Of a stretch of 32,000 nt of DNA, positions 17,526 to 26,328 are shown piece after piece. The first letter of the stretch is position 1. Each line of letters opens with the position of its first letter. Origin of the DNA: Candidatus Omnitrophota bacterium (GTDB taxonomy: Bacteria > Omnitrophota > Gorgyraeia > 2-01-FULL-45-10); contig JAMWCX010000003.1 of the NCBI GenBank assembly GCA_023818895.1, forward strand, positions 30,001 to 62,000. The letters run 5' to 3'. A program made the position numbers and the translations under genes. The notes beneath the pieces were generated by a model. It saw only the letters and a program-made list of their open reading frames with translations. It did no database searches and was not told where the DNA came from.

Positions 17526-18521
17526 CTATCTGACGATCTCATCAAATTTTATTTTCTTTTTTCTGTAATCCTCAAGCATACCCTTCGAGATCCTCACCAT
17601 GCGGCTGCTTCTTCTCTCGTTTATTTCTATATAGTTAAAGTCCTCGAATTTATAGACGTGCATGACATGAGCGGCTATATTTAAGATCGCCTGTAATAGC
17701 TTATCCGTCAAGGAGCTGCTCTCCAGATCTTCGAACCATCGTGGTTCAGCAAATACCTCCAAACTGAAATAACGCTCGCTACCTTTCTCAAGGTATGCGC
17801 CCTTAACGGACTTAAGGAAAAAATTATCGCTGAGATCCTTATTTTCCTTGAAATCGATTTTGAGGCGGCTTGCCATCTGCTCCGCCAAAAATTCCGGCTT
17901 GGTGATATCTTTCACGTAAAAGCGGCCTTCCCAGTAGCCGATATCTCCCAGCATAGTGGGGTCGGACCTAAAAAAATCATTCATAACCTGCTCCTGCCAC
18001 TGCGGGTCAAGCCTCATCCGATGAAATATTTCCTTAACGGAACGCTCCTTCTGGGACTGCGGGTTCATACGCATATCGATAAGTATCCTCTTTCCGTATT
18101 CACCCCTCGATATGTCGTTCAAAAGGAGCCTTTTTACATCGTCAACAGACTTTATGATAATGACCTGTATCTCGGGAATCCTTATGTCATGGGCTATTAT
18201 GCAGTAAAAGTCTATTTTGGCATCAGTGGAAAGGACAACCCTCGACACGCTTAGAATAACGTTATTGATCTTTTCGGAGGCGTCTTTAGTAAGGGCGAAA
18301 CTAAAATCGATGAGGTTTTCCAGCGGCAGGTATATGGCGATTGTCTTGCCTACAGTATGAACCTTGACATCGATCTTGTACTCGTTCTTGCAGATCCTTA
18401 CTATAGACTCTTCGAGCTTTTCTTTAGGATAAGTTGGCCCCCACCCGCAGGAATCGCAACCATAAAAGCTAAAGACAAGAAAAATACCGGCAAGAAAGAT
18501 AACGCCTATACGCAATATCAT
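17526..18521 (-). CDS. Hypothetical secreted protein / putative lipoprotein, no recognisable domain
   Basis: The N-terminal hydrophobic segment ends in ...VFSFYGC (lipobox-like Cys). Its ATG overlaps the FtsH-like stop (ATGA). No motif I recognise in the remaining 310 aa. Confidence 0.6.
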   Translation of the reverse strand: MILRIGVIFLAGIFLVFSFYGCDSCGWGPTYPKEKLEESIVRICKNEYKIDVKVHTVGKTIAIYLPLENLIDFSFALTKDASEKINNVILSVSRVVLSTDAKIDFYCIIAHDIRIPEIQVIIIKSVDDVKRLLLNDISRGEYGKRILIDMRMNPQSQKERSVKEIFHRMRLDPQWQEQVMNDFFRSDPTMLGDIGYWEGRFYVKDITKPEFLAEQMASRLKIDFKENKDLSDNFFLKSVKGAYLEKGSERYFSLEVFAEPRWFEDLESSSLTDKLLQAILNIAAHVMHVYKFEDFNYIEINERRSSRMVRISKGMLEDYRKKKIKFDEIVR

Positions 18522-20293
18522 ACGCTTTTCTGGATTCCGAATTTACCATACTCCTTGAAGATGGCATCAATCTCATCGTAATCGAGCTCTTCTTTTTCCA
18601 TCAGCTCCTTCGCGAACCTATCGAGAAGCGCGCGCTCTTTGGTAAGGAGCTCTTCCACCTCCTTAACACACCGCTCAAATATCCTGTTGGTCTCAGCGTT
18701 AAGCTCCTCCTTGAGCTTTTCGGAAAGCTGTGATTCCGGTATCGCCGTATAATCGCCGAGCAGGCCCTTATCGCCCATGCCCCACTTCCAAACCATATTA
18801 TGCGCCCTTGTCATCGCATCTTTAAAGTCCATCGCGACCCCGCTTGAAGTTGTCCCGAACTTTATCTTTTCGGCCACATACCCTGCCAGGTCCGCCTTGA
18901 TATCCGCAAGAAGTCGCTGTTTGTCAAAAGTAAAAACCTCTTCTCTCGGTTGGTGATGCACCACCCCAAGCGTCGAGCGGCGCGGTATTATCGAGGCCTT
19001 GAAGACATCATCCGTAGGGTGAAGTATATAGAGCGCTATCAGATGTCCGGCCTCATGATAGGCGGTCTTTTCTTTTTCACGGGGAGACATGCTAAGTTTG
19101 TGCTTGAGGCCAAGGTCTATTCTCTCCATGGCCTCAGAGATGTCATCCAGCCTGATGACTTCCCGCCTGTCTCGCGTCGCTATGAGAGCGGCCTCTTTAA
19201 CGATGTTCTCTATATCAGCCGGCGATTTGTAAACTGCCTTGCGGGCAAGTCTTGACATATCGATCGAAGGATCATATTTGGTTTTTCCCAGATAGAAGGC
19301 AAAAAGCTTCTCCCTGTCCTCAAGGTTCGGCAGTTCCACGTAAAGTTTGCGGTCAAAACGGCCCGGTCTCATTAGGGCCCGGTCAAGCGTCTCTTCTGGG
19401 GCGTTGGTAGCGCCTATTACGATGACGTTTTGCTCAATCTTGGCTTCACCCGACTTATCCTCCCGCTCCTGCAATCCATCCATCTCCGCTAAAAGCTGGT
19501 TCTGGGTGGAGTTCGTCTCTTCGGTGCCTCCGAAAACGGAAAAGACCCTCTTGCGAGCGATGGCGTCAAGCTCGTCTATAAACACAATACATCCGCCGTG
19601 ACCGTAGGCAAGTTCTCTGGCTTTTTTAAACAGCGCCCTCACGCGCGCCGCGCCTACTCCAACGAATATCTCCACGAATTCGGATCCCGACATCGAGATA
19701 AAAGGAAGCCCCGCCTCAGTCGCTATTGCCTTTGCGAGGTATGTTTTGCCGCAACCAGGAGGTCCAATCATCAAAATCCCGCGCAATATCTTTCCTCCGA
19801 TGAGTTTAACGCGAGCCCTATCCTTTATAAGCTCGACGACTTCGCGGGCCTCCGCCTTCGTGTTCTCCATTCCGATAACATCAGACCACTTCACGTTTAC
19901 CTGCTCACCGTGGATCTGCAGCTTTGAGCTAAGTTTGGAAAAACCGCCGCGCATGAAGGTCAGGTACATGTAGACAAAGATGACGGCGTTCAATGATACC
20001 ATCAGGAGTTGCACGGGCATCGTTGCAAGCGTTATTTGCCGGTAGAACGATTCGAGCTTGGAGAGGCCAAGTATCGACAGGCGAATCAAAACGTAAATGG
20101 CGGTTATGATACCGTAACGGACACCGTGCCACCTGAAATACATACGGATTTTCCGCGACAGAAGAAAAGCAACGCCCAGTCCGCCGAGCAATAGAGAGTA
20201 AAGACCAATCTCTACAATCCATAAGCCGAAAATTACTGTTACAGCTAACGCGATAGAATATAGTGATGCTGTAGCGATGATCAATAAACGCAT
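18518..20293 (-). CDS. FtsH-family AAA+ zinc metalloprotease, atypical N-terminal membrane region
   Basis: Walker A GPPGCGKT, Walker [33 protein letters not shown]41 zinc site HEAGH. The N-terminal 120 aa or so show about four hydrophobic segments by eye. AGGAGG lies upstream. Confidence 0.85.
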   Translation of the reverse strand: MRLLIIATASLYSIALAVTVIFGLWIVEIGLYSLLLGGLGVAFLLSRKIRMYFRWHGVRYGIITAIYVLIRLSILGLSKLESFYRQITLATMPVQLLMVSLNAVIFVYMYLTFMRGGFSKLSSKLQIHGEQVNVKWSDVIGMENTKAEAREVVELIKDRARVKLIGGKILRGILMIGPPGCGKTYLAKAIATEAGLPFISMSGSEFVEIFVGVGAARVRALFKKARELAYGHGGCIVFIDELDAIARKRVFSVFGGTEETNSTQNQLLAEMDGLQEREDKSGEAKIEQNVIVIGATNAPEETLDRALMRPGRFDRKLYVELPNLEDREKLFAFYLGKTKYDPSIDMSRLARKAVYKSPADIENIVKEAALIATRDRREVIRLDDISEAMERIDLGLKHKLSMSPREKEKTAYHEAGHLIALYILHPTDDVFKASIIPRRSTLGVVHHQPREEVFTFDKQRLLADIKADLAGYVAEKIKFGTTSSGVAMDFKDAMTRAHNMVWKWGMGDKGLLGDYTAIPESQLSEKLKEELNAETNRIFERCVKEVEELLTKERALLDRFAKELMEKEELDYDEIDAIFKEYGKFGIQKSV

Positions 20294-20324
20294 AAGTCCT
20301 CCTGTCTACGATGATAGGCGAGCC

Positions 20325-21164
20325 CTACGCCAGTTTGCGCAGTGCCTCGTCCAGTTCCTGTAAGGCCTTTTCGCATTCTTCTTTCTTGGGCGCGATACCA
20401 TGCCATTCGACTTTATTCTCGATGAATGAGACGCCTTTACCTTTCACGGTGTCAGCTATAATCACGGTGGGCCTGCCTTTTATTTTTTCCGCACAGTCAT
20501 AAGAATCCATAAGGGCCTGCAGGTCGTGACCGTCGACCTTCAGGACCGACCAGCCGAAGCTTTCCCACTTATGTTTGAGATCTCCCGGATCTTTAACCTC
20601 ACAGCAAAAACCGTCTATCTGTAATTTATTGTAATCAACGATAGCGCATAGGTTATCAAGCTTATAGTGGGACGCTGTCATGGCCGCTTCCCACACCTGC
20701 CCTTCATTAGTCTCTCCGTCACCAAGCAAACAATATACACGTATGCCAAGACCGTCGAGCCTGGCCGCTAAAGCGATACCGTTTGCGATCGACAAGCCCT
20801 GTCCTAGCGAACCGCTCGATATTTCTACGCCGGCAAGACCCAGTTGAGGATGTCCCTGCAAGGGGCTGCCCAGCTTCCGCAAGGTCCAGAGCATATCCCT
20901 AGGAAAATACCCCTTGTGAGCCAGCACCGCGTATAAAGCGGGACAGGCGTGTCCTTTCGAAAGCAGAAACCTGTCGCGACCGGGCCAGGATGGATTGACC
21001 GGGTCGTTTTTCAGCTTATAATAATACAAAGAGACCAGTATCTCCACTATCGATAGACTGCCGCCTGTGTGGCCTGAGCCGGCCAGCGTTAGCATATTCA
21101 AAATGTCTTTTCGTATCTCGATCGCCTTTTTTTGCAGATATATAATATCGGGTCGTTTTTCCAT
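20325..21164 (-). CDS. Transketolase, N-terminal (TPP-binding) subunit
   Basis: SGHTGGSLS, SKGHACPALYAVL, GSLGQGLSIANG, LLGDGETNEGQVWEA. Confidence 0.9.
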   Translation of the reverse strand: MEKRPDIIYLQKKAIEIRKDILNMLTLAGSGHTGGSLSIVEILVSLYYYKLKNDPVNPSWPGRDRFLLSKGHACPALYAVLAHKGYFPRDMLWTLRKLGSPLQGHPQLGLAGVEISSGSLGQGLSIANGIALAARLDGLGIRVYCLLGDGETNEGQVWEAAMTASHYKLDNLCAIVDYNKLQIDGFCCEVKDPGDLKHKWESFGWSVLKVDGHDLQALMDSYDCAEKIKGRPTVIIADTVKGKGVSFIENKVEWHGIAPKKEECEKALQELDEALRKLA

Positions 21165-21250
21165 ATAATTTCGCCTATCTTTAAGTTTTACTGCCTAAAT
21201 TATAGAATGCCGTTGCTTCAGGACTTCGGATTTTGCGCTATCTCTCATCT

Positions 21251-22777
21251 TTATTTAGCTGTTCTTAGCTTCTGTTGTACCTTCTCCTGTTTCGGATCCA
21301 GCTTCAAGGACCTTTCCCACATCTGGCGCGCTTTTTCCTGCAAGCCCTTCTTCATATACACATCGCCCAGATGGTCGGTTATAGTCGGGTCGTCCGGTTC
21401 CGAATTTATCGCTCGTTCTAACTCGCGTAGCGCTTCATCAAGCATACCCTTCTTAAAATAGGCCCATCCGAGGGAATCTAGATAAGCGCCATTATCAGGG
21501 TCCTTCTCGAGCGCTTTTTTGACCAGATCAACGGCCTCATCCAGATTTTCGCCGCTCTCGGCAAACATGTAACCGAGATAATTATACGCTTCAGCGAATC
21601 CCTGATCCAGAGCTATCGCCTTCCTGAATTTGGTCTCCGCGGTCTCTTTCTGGCCTATTTTTTCATAAAACGAGCCGAGGTAAAAATGGACCCATGGTTC
21701 ATCCGGCGCCAGCTCTTGGGCCATGTTGTAGAATTTAAGTGTGCGGCCGTCGTCATTTCTAAGACTATAGGCATATCCAAGAGCAAGATAAAGCTCGACG
21801 TCTTTAAGCCCGGTATCGGTAGCCTGTTCCAGTATCGCGATCGCCTCATCCGCCTTCTTCTGCGCCAGATAGACATTAGCCCATTCCACATAGGCGCGAA
21901 CATCGTCGGAATCCAGTTTTACGAGGGTCTGGTACAGGCGAATCGCCTCATCGTACTTTTTGTCCTTATAAAATAGGTACCCAAGATGGTGGTAGATGTT
22001 GGTGTTGACGGGGTCCAGTTCAAGCGCTTTCTCAAAATTTTTAATAGCCCCCCGCATATCCTTCTTGGTTTCATAAAGAACGCCTAACCCTATGTAAGCC
22101 TCAAGATAATCTGGTTTTAGTTTTATAGCTTCTTCGAGAGCCTTTATGCCATCTTCTGCTTTCCCCATTTTCGAGTAAATGAAAGCAAGATTGAAATAAA
22201 GAAGCGGCGAATTTTTCTCCTTCTCGATCAACCTCTCATAGATAGCGGCGGCCTCGCCCATCTTCTCCTGAAGCATCAATACATCTGCCAAAGAACTTAG
22301 CGCCCATATTGAATCGGGCGAAAGCTTCATGATTTCCTGGTACTCCTTCTGCGCCTCCTCGAAGCGGTGGGAAGAAGTATATATCAACGCTGCCAAGAAG
22401 CGCGGCTTGGGATCCGCCGGATCAAGAAATTTTGCCTTCGTCAGCTCCTCAAGCGCTTTTTCGACGTCCTTGGTAAGGAAATAATCTACGGCAAGCCGCG
22501 TATGTAGATAGCTTACATCCGGCTCTATCTTAATGGCGGCTTCGTACTGCTTTATAGCATCTTCTGCCCTAAGTTCATTATCATAAATGATGCCCATTGT
22601 GTAATGGGCGATCGATTTCGCGAGCGGCGTCGTAGAACGCTTCGTCTGCGCCAAGCCCCGCCTTTCGGCTGGACCTATCCTGCCGGAATATATATCCGTT
22701 ACAGCGTCTAAGTTTTTTAAAACCAGAAGCGTAAGAAAAACCGATGCCAGGATGGATAAAAATCTTAGTGAAAGCAA
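21251..22777 (-). CDS. Tetratricopeptide-repeat protein with an N-terminal signal/anchor
   Basis: More than 10 tandem TPR-like units (A..YE.AI...PD...A...LG..Y). The hydrophobic N-terminus is LSILASVFLTLLVL. The track start is TTG with a weak RBS, so the start is uncertain. Confidence 0.75.
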   Translation of the reverse strand: MLSLRFLSILASVFLTLLVLKNLDAVTDIYSGRIGPAERRGLAQTKRSTTPLAKSIAHYTMGIIYDNELRAEDAIKQYEAAIKIEPDVSYLHTRLAVDYFLTKDVEKALEELTKAKFLDPADPKPRFLAALIYTSSHRFEEAQKEYQEIMKLSPDSIWALSSLADVLMLQEKMGEAAAIYERLIEKEKNSPLLYFNLAFIYSKMGKAEDGIKALEEAIKLKPDYLEAYIGLGVLYETKKDMRGAIKNFEKALELDPVNTNIYHHLGYLFYKDKKYDEAIRLYQTLVKLDSDDVRAYVEWANVYLAQKKADEAIAILEQATDTGLKDVELYLALGYAYSLRNDDGRTLKFYNMAQELAPDEPWVHFYLGSFYEKIGQKETAETKFRKAIALDQGFAEAYNYLGYMFAESGENLDEAVDLVKKALEKDPDNGAYLDSLGWAYFKKGMLDEALRELERAINSEPDDPTITDHLGDVYMKKGLQEKARQMWERSLKLDPKQEKVQQKLRTAK

Positions 22778-22801
22778 TGTCTTTTAAACTCTTGTCCGAT
22801 G

Positions 22802-22846
22802 AAAAACGTCCGCCCGGCCGTTTGATGGCGGGCGGACGCCTGTTTT
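22802..22846 (-). terminator. Rho-independent terminator after the bS22-like gene
   Basis: Perfect 10-bp GC-rich stem, CGTCCGCCCG (22807-22816) against CGGGCGGACG (22829-22838). On the minus strand it is followed by TTTTT. There is also a T-run on the plus side. Confidence 0.7.
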
Positions 22847-22861
22847 AAGAACAAAGCCGCC

Positions 22862-22951
22862 TTATTTCTTTTTATGGCGGTCCCTTCTCATTCTTTTCTT
22901 TCTTTTATGCTTGGCCATCTTGGCTCTTTTGCGTTTTCTCCCGCAAGGCAT
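22862..22951 (-). CDS. 29-aa highly basic peptide, bS22-like (AURKAIP1/COX24-type) small ribosomal protein candidate
   Basis: My own translation gives MPCGRKRKRAKMAKHKRKKRMRRDRHKKK. AGGAGG lies 7 nt upstream of the ATG, and a strong terminator follows immediately downstream. It is below the 60-aa ORF-track cutoff. The pattern KRKR.KMA.HKRKKR.R..RHKKK matches my memory of bS22-type peptides. Confidence 0.75.
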   Translation of the reverse strand: MPCGRKRKRAKMAKHKRKKRMRRDRHKKK

Positions 22952-22978
22952 TGTATCACCTCCTGACGATATGAATTT

Positions 22979-23863
22979 CTAATATATAACTTTATTCAGC
23001 GGATACTCTATGATTCCCTGCGCGCCCGCCGCTTTGAGCCTCGGTATAAGATATTTTACCGTTTTTTCGTCTATTATCGTCTCGACATCAACCCAATCAG
23101 GATCCGTAAGGTTCGCTATGGTGGGCTTCTTCATGGCCGGCAATATGGCTAAGACGGATTTAAGATCTCTGCGCGCAACGTTCATTTTAAGACCTACCTT
23201 CTCCTCAGCCAGTATGGCGCCTTTGAGTAGCATCGCGAGATTCTCTATCTTGGAACGCTTCCATGGATTCAGCCAGCTTGCGCGGTTTGCGATAAGCTGG
23301 GTGGTAGACTCGCATACGGTGCAGACCTCCCGCAACTTATTCGCTCTCAATGAGGAGCCGGTCTCGGTGACCTCCACTATGGCGTCAACGCCGACTTTAG
23401 CCTTAACTTCGGTGGCACCCCAGCTGAATTCCACATTCGCTTTGACCTTGTTCTTCTTCAAATAGCCCTTTGTAACATTCACCAGTTCCGTAGCAATCGA
23501 TTTGCCTTTGAGGTCCTTCACGCTCTTTATTTTAGAATCCTCAGGGACAGCGAGCACCCATCTGACGGGTCGCATCGACTGCTTAGCGTATATAAGCTCG
23601 GCCACTCTTACGACGCTCGAACCATTTTCCAGTATCCAGTCATTACCAGTGATACCCACATCCAGGATGCCGTCTTCGACATAACGAGACATCTCCTGGG
23701 CCCTGAACAGGATGCACTCTATCTCTTCGTCGTCTATAGAAGGAAAATACGACCTTTCGCTTATGCCAACGTAAAACCCCGCTTTCCTAAACATGCGGAC
23801 AGTCGCTTCCTGCAAACTTCCTTTAGGCAGGCCCAACTTAAGTTTTTGCTTATTCAGGCTCAT
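22979..23863 (-). CDS. hisG: ATP phosphoribosyltransferase HisG (long form)
   Basis: [14 protein letters not shown], then a catalytic core plus a C-terminal regulatory domain. 294 aa. No other his genes are adjacent. Confidence 0.9.
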   Translation of the reverse strand: MSLNKQKLKLGLPKGSLQEATVRMFRKAGFYVGISERSYFPSIDDEEIECILFRAQEMSRYVEDGILDVGITGNDWILENGSSVVRVAELIYAKQSMRPVRWVLAVPEDSKIKSVKDLKGKSIATELVNVTKGYLKKNKVKANVEFSWGATEVKAKVGVDAIVEVTETGSSLRANKLREVCTVCESTTQLIANRASWLNPWKRSKIENLAMLLKGAILAEEKVGLKMNVARRDLKSVLAILPAMKKPTIANLTDPDWVDVETIIDEKTVKYLIPRLKAAGAQGIIEYPLNKVIY

Positions 23864-23990
23864 ATAATCTACTCGCCTCTTTCTTCTCCTTGGACCTTTT
23901 ATAAATACGGCCGCTTTCCTTTACTCTGGTCCTTGGATTTATCGTCCAGGTCCTTCTGGCGCTGACCTTCTTTCTTGCAAGAGCTTTCAT
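23850..23990 (-). CDS. Candidate 46-aa basic small protein overlapping the hisG start
   Basis: My own translation gives [46 protein letters not shown]. It lies downstream of a good promoter, and its stop falls 14 nt inside hisG. The SD is poorly spaced (GGAG abuts the ATG; AGGA lies 10 nt upstream). Confidence 0.35.
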   Translation of the reverse strand: MKALARKKVSARRTWTINPRTRVKESGRIYKRSKEKKEASRLYEPE

Positions 23991-24051
23991 CTCCTGTCAA
24001 TCCTGAATGAGCCAGGATATCCTAAGATAGTTGCGGCAATCGTGTATTTTA

Positions 24052-24080
24052 ATTCTACATAATGAGAATATAAAAGTCAA
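24052..24080 (-). promoter_or_regulatory. Sigma70-type promoter toward hisG (TTGACT-17 nt-TAGAAT on the minus strand)
   Basis: Plus-strand agtcaa at 24075-24080 and attcta at 24052-24057, with a 17-nt spacer. Confidence 0.55.
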
Positions 24081-24107
24081 GGTATGTTTACCTTATCCTG
24101 ATTTCCC

Positions 24108-24136
24108 TTGATTAAAATATCGGTATAAAATATAAT
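24108..24136 (+). promoter_or_regulatory. Sigma70-type promoter for the PpiD-like gene (TTGATT-17 nt-TATAAT)
   Basis: TTGATT at 24108-24113 and TATAAT at 24131-24136. AAGGAG at 24152-24157 lies 9 nt before ATG 24167. Confidence 0.6.
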
Positions 24137-24166
24137 TTTAATACTATTAAGAAGGAGAAAAACCAG

Positions 24167-25366
24167 ATGCTGAAAGTATTCAGGCACAAGAACGTCGCTA
24201 AAATGGTCCTTTGGGGTATACTGATTCTGATACTGCCGGCCTTCGTGCTGTGGGGCACCGGCAGCATAGGACGTTCGGGTAAGAAGGGGCCGAGCTTCGT
24301 TGGGACTATAGGCGGTAAGAAGATTTCCTTCAAGGAGTTTGCGGAAAGTCTGGGGAGCATAAGGTGCCAGATTGTGTTGAATTATTTCAACCAGCCCAAG
24401 GTAATGGAGACGTTTCTTAACTCGAAGGCATTTGTGGGAAAACTGGCGTGGAACAGGCTTCTCATGCTCAAAGAGGCGGAAAAACACAATATGAAAGTCT
24501 CTGACGCGGAGGTCGTCTCATATATCAGGTCACATCCTATATTCCTGCGAAACGGCCAGTTCGACGAGAGGCTCTATTCCTACATACTCAGGCGAAATCT
24601 TGGTCTCGAGCCGCGGACATTCGAGGAGATGGTAAGACAAAACTTAGAGATCCAGCGCCTTAACGACACGATCACCAAAGACGTGCGGATAACGGAAGAA
24701 GAGATAACTAAAAGTTACGCGGATGAGAACAGGAAATTCAAGATATCCTACATATTCTTTACCTCTGACAGATTTCTTGACAAGGTAAACTTAAGCGATA
24801 AGGATATCCGAGGTTATTACGAAAACCATAAAGAGGAATTTCGCCTGCCGCCAAAAGAAAGCCAGACCGATGAGCAAACGACCGCAAAATATGAGGATGT
24901 GAAAGATAACATAAAGGCTTTTCTTGCTGAGAAGACTGCGCGAGAAATGGCCATAAAGCACGCTGTCGAAGAGCACGCAAAACTCAAAGAAATAATGTCA
25001 AAAGAAAAGCTAACACCTGAGGCTGCCGCCACAAAGTTAGGGCTTAAGATGCAAGAGTCGCCTTTCTTTACGAGATCTGATTTTTTGGAAGGTATAGGCG
25101 ATCCTCTAAAAATAATAGACGCGGCCTCCGGCCTGCAAAAAGATGAGATATCGGCTCCCATCGAAACGGTTAAAGGCGCGGTGATATTCAGGCTTATAAG
25201 CGTTCAGGAATACGATCCTGCAAAATTCGCTAAAGACAAAGAGGAGTTTTCGGCAAAAGCGCTCGATGCCAAGAAGGCGGCGTATCTTGAAGAGTGGCTG
25301 CGTGGCCTTGAAAGATCCAATCCGGTAAACATAGATTTTAAGGATTACGAGAAATACTACAGATAG
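24167..25366 (+). CDS. PpiD/SurA-N-like periplasmic chaperone; no parvulin signature seen
   Basis: N-terminal anchor MLKVFRHKNVAKMVLWGILILILPAFVLWG, typical of PpiD. The body is helical and chaperone-like. I could not find an FG.H-type parvulin core by eye. Confidence 0.65.
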   Translation: MLKVFRHKNVAKMVLWGILILILPAFVLWGTGSIGRSGKKGPSFVGTIGGKKISFKEFAESLGSIRCQIVLNYFNQPKVMETFLNSKAFVGKLAWNRLLMLKEAEKHNMKVSDAEVVSYIRSHPIFLRNGQFDERLYSYILRRNLGLEPRTFEEMVRQNLEIQRLNDTITKDVRITEEEITKSYADENRKFKISYIFFTSDRFLDKVNLSDKDIRGYYENHKEEFRLPPKESQTDEQTTAKYEDVKDNIKAFLAEKTAREMAIKHAVEEHAKLKEIMSKEKLTPEAAATKLGLKMQESPFFTRSDFLEGIGDPLKIIDAASGLQKDEISAPIETVKGAVIFRLISVQEYDPAKFAKDKEEFSAKALDAKKAAYLEEWLRGLERSNPVNIDFKDYEKYYR

Positions 25367-25418
25367 CGAGGGTTCGAAAATTTAAAGATCGGCTAAAGCT
25401 TCTTGACCTCCAGACGCC

Positions 25419-26267
25419 TTACACGTTCCCCAGATAAACATACCTAAGCTTCCTTCTGGCTATTTCCGCGGCGCGTTCAAGCGTTCTAATCGGCGTAGGT
25501 CGCAGGCTCATCTTATAACAGGGGAAATACCTCGAAAAGTGAAGAGGTATTTCAGGCCCCAGGTTCTCATATATCCAGTCAACCTCTTTTTCTATCTCGT
25601 CCTCCGAATCGTTAAGCGATGGTATAAGAAGCGTTGTAAGCTCTACATGACATGACTTGACCGATCTTTTTATCACATCGAGAACCGGCTTGAGACGAGC
25701 CTTACATATTTTTGCGTAGAAATCCTCATTAAACGATTTCAAGTCAATATTCATAGCCCCTATATAAGGCAACATTCCTTCCAGCGGCGCCATGTTTACA
25801 TAGCCGTTGGTAACAAGCACATTCTCAAGACCGTTCTTTCGCGCAAGTTTAGCCGTATCCAGAACAAACTCATACCATATGAAAGGCTCATTATAAGTAT
25901 ACGCTATACCGAAAGAACCGACCTCTTTGGCCTTCTCGACGATCTGTGTCGGGGTTATATTCTCTGTCGGAACTTTTAGGTCCTGAGATATGTGCCAGTT
26001 TTGGCAAAAATCACAATGCATGTTGCAGCCTTTGGTGCCGAGGGAAAGAATATATTTGCCGGGATGGTAATGATACAACGGCTTCTTCTCGATAGGATCA
26101 AGGGCTATGGAGGTGGTCCTGCCGTAGATCTCGCTATATAAAACGCTGTTTCTGTTGATACGAACGCCGCAGGAGCCGCGGCCGCCGTTCGGTATCACGC
26201 ATTCGTTCGGACAGAGGTGGCAATGAGTGTGGCTATCTATCCTTTCGTAATAAAGGGCTTCCTTCAT
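25419..26267 (-). CDS. Radical SAM enzyme, AmmeMemoRadiSam-system type (PFL-activase-like)
   Basis: N-terminal Cys cluster CHLCPNEC...GSCGVR followed by the radical SAM triad CNMHCDFCQNW. Confidence 0.75.
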   Translation of the reverse strand: MKEALYYERIDSHTHCHLCPNECVIPNGGRGSCGVRINRNSVLYSEIYGRTTSIALDPIEKKPLYHYHPGKYILSLGTKGCNMHCDFCQNWHISQDLKVPTENITPTQIVEKAKEVGSFGIAYTYNEPFIWYEFVLDTAKLARKNGLENVLVTNGYVNMAPLEGMLPYIGAMNIDLKSFNEDFYAKICKARLKPVLDVIKRSVKSCHVELTTLLIPSLNDSEDEIEKEVDWIYENLGPEIPLHFSRYFPCYKMSLRPTPIRTLERAAEIARRKLRYVYLGNV

Positions 26268-26328
26268 CCGTATTTTGCCCGCAAAGGTAGGCCTTGGGCT
26301 GAAAAAATTTCGGCCTCAGCGCCGTCTA

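Noticed and set aside
23864-24045. His-attenuator leader peptide or T-box upstream of hisG
   Set aside because: The only uORF has no His codons. I found no T-box-like conserved sequence and no terminator/antiterminator pair.
24077-24487. 136-aa minus-strand ORF (and the 82-aa ORF at 24112-24360)
   Set aside because: Both are antisense to the PpiD-like gene and its promoter. The hisG-side promoter fires downstream of them, so they would not be transcribed from it.
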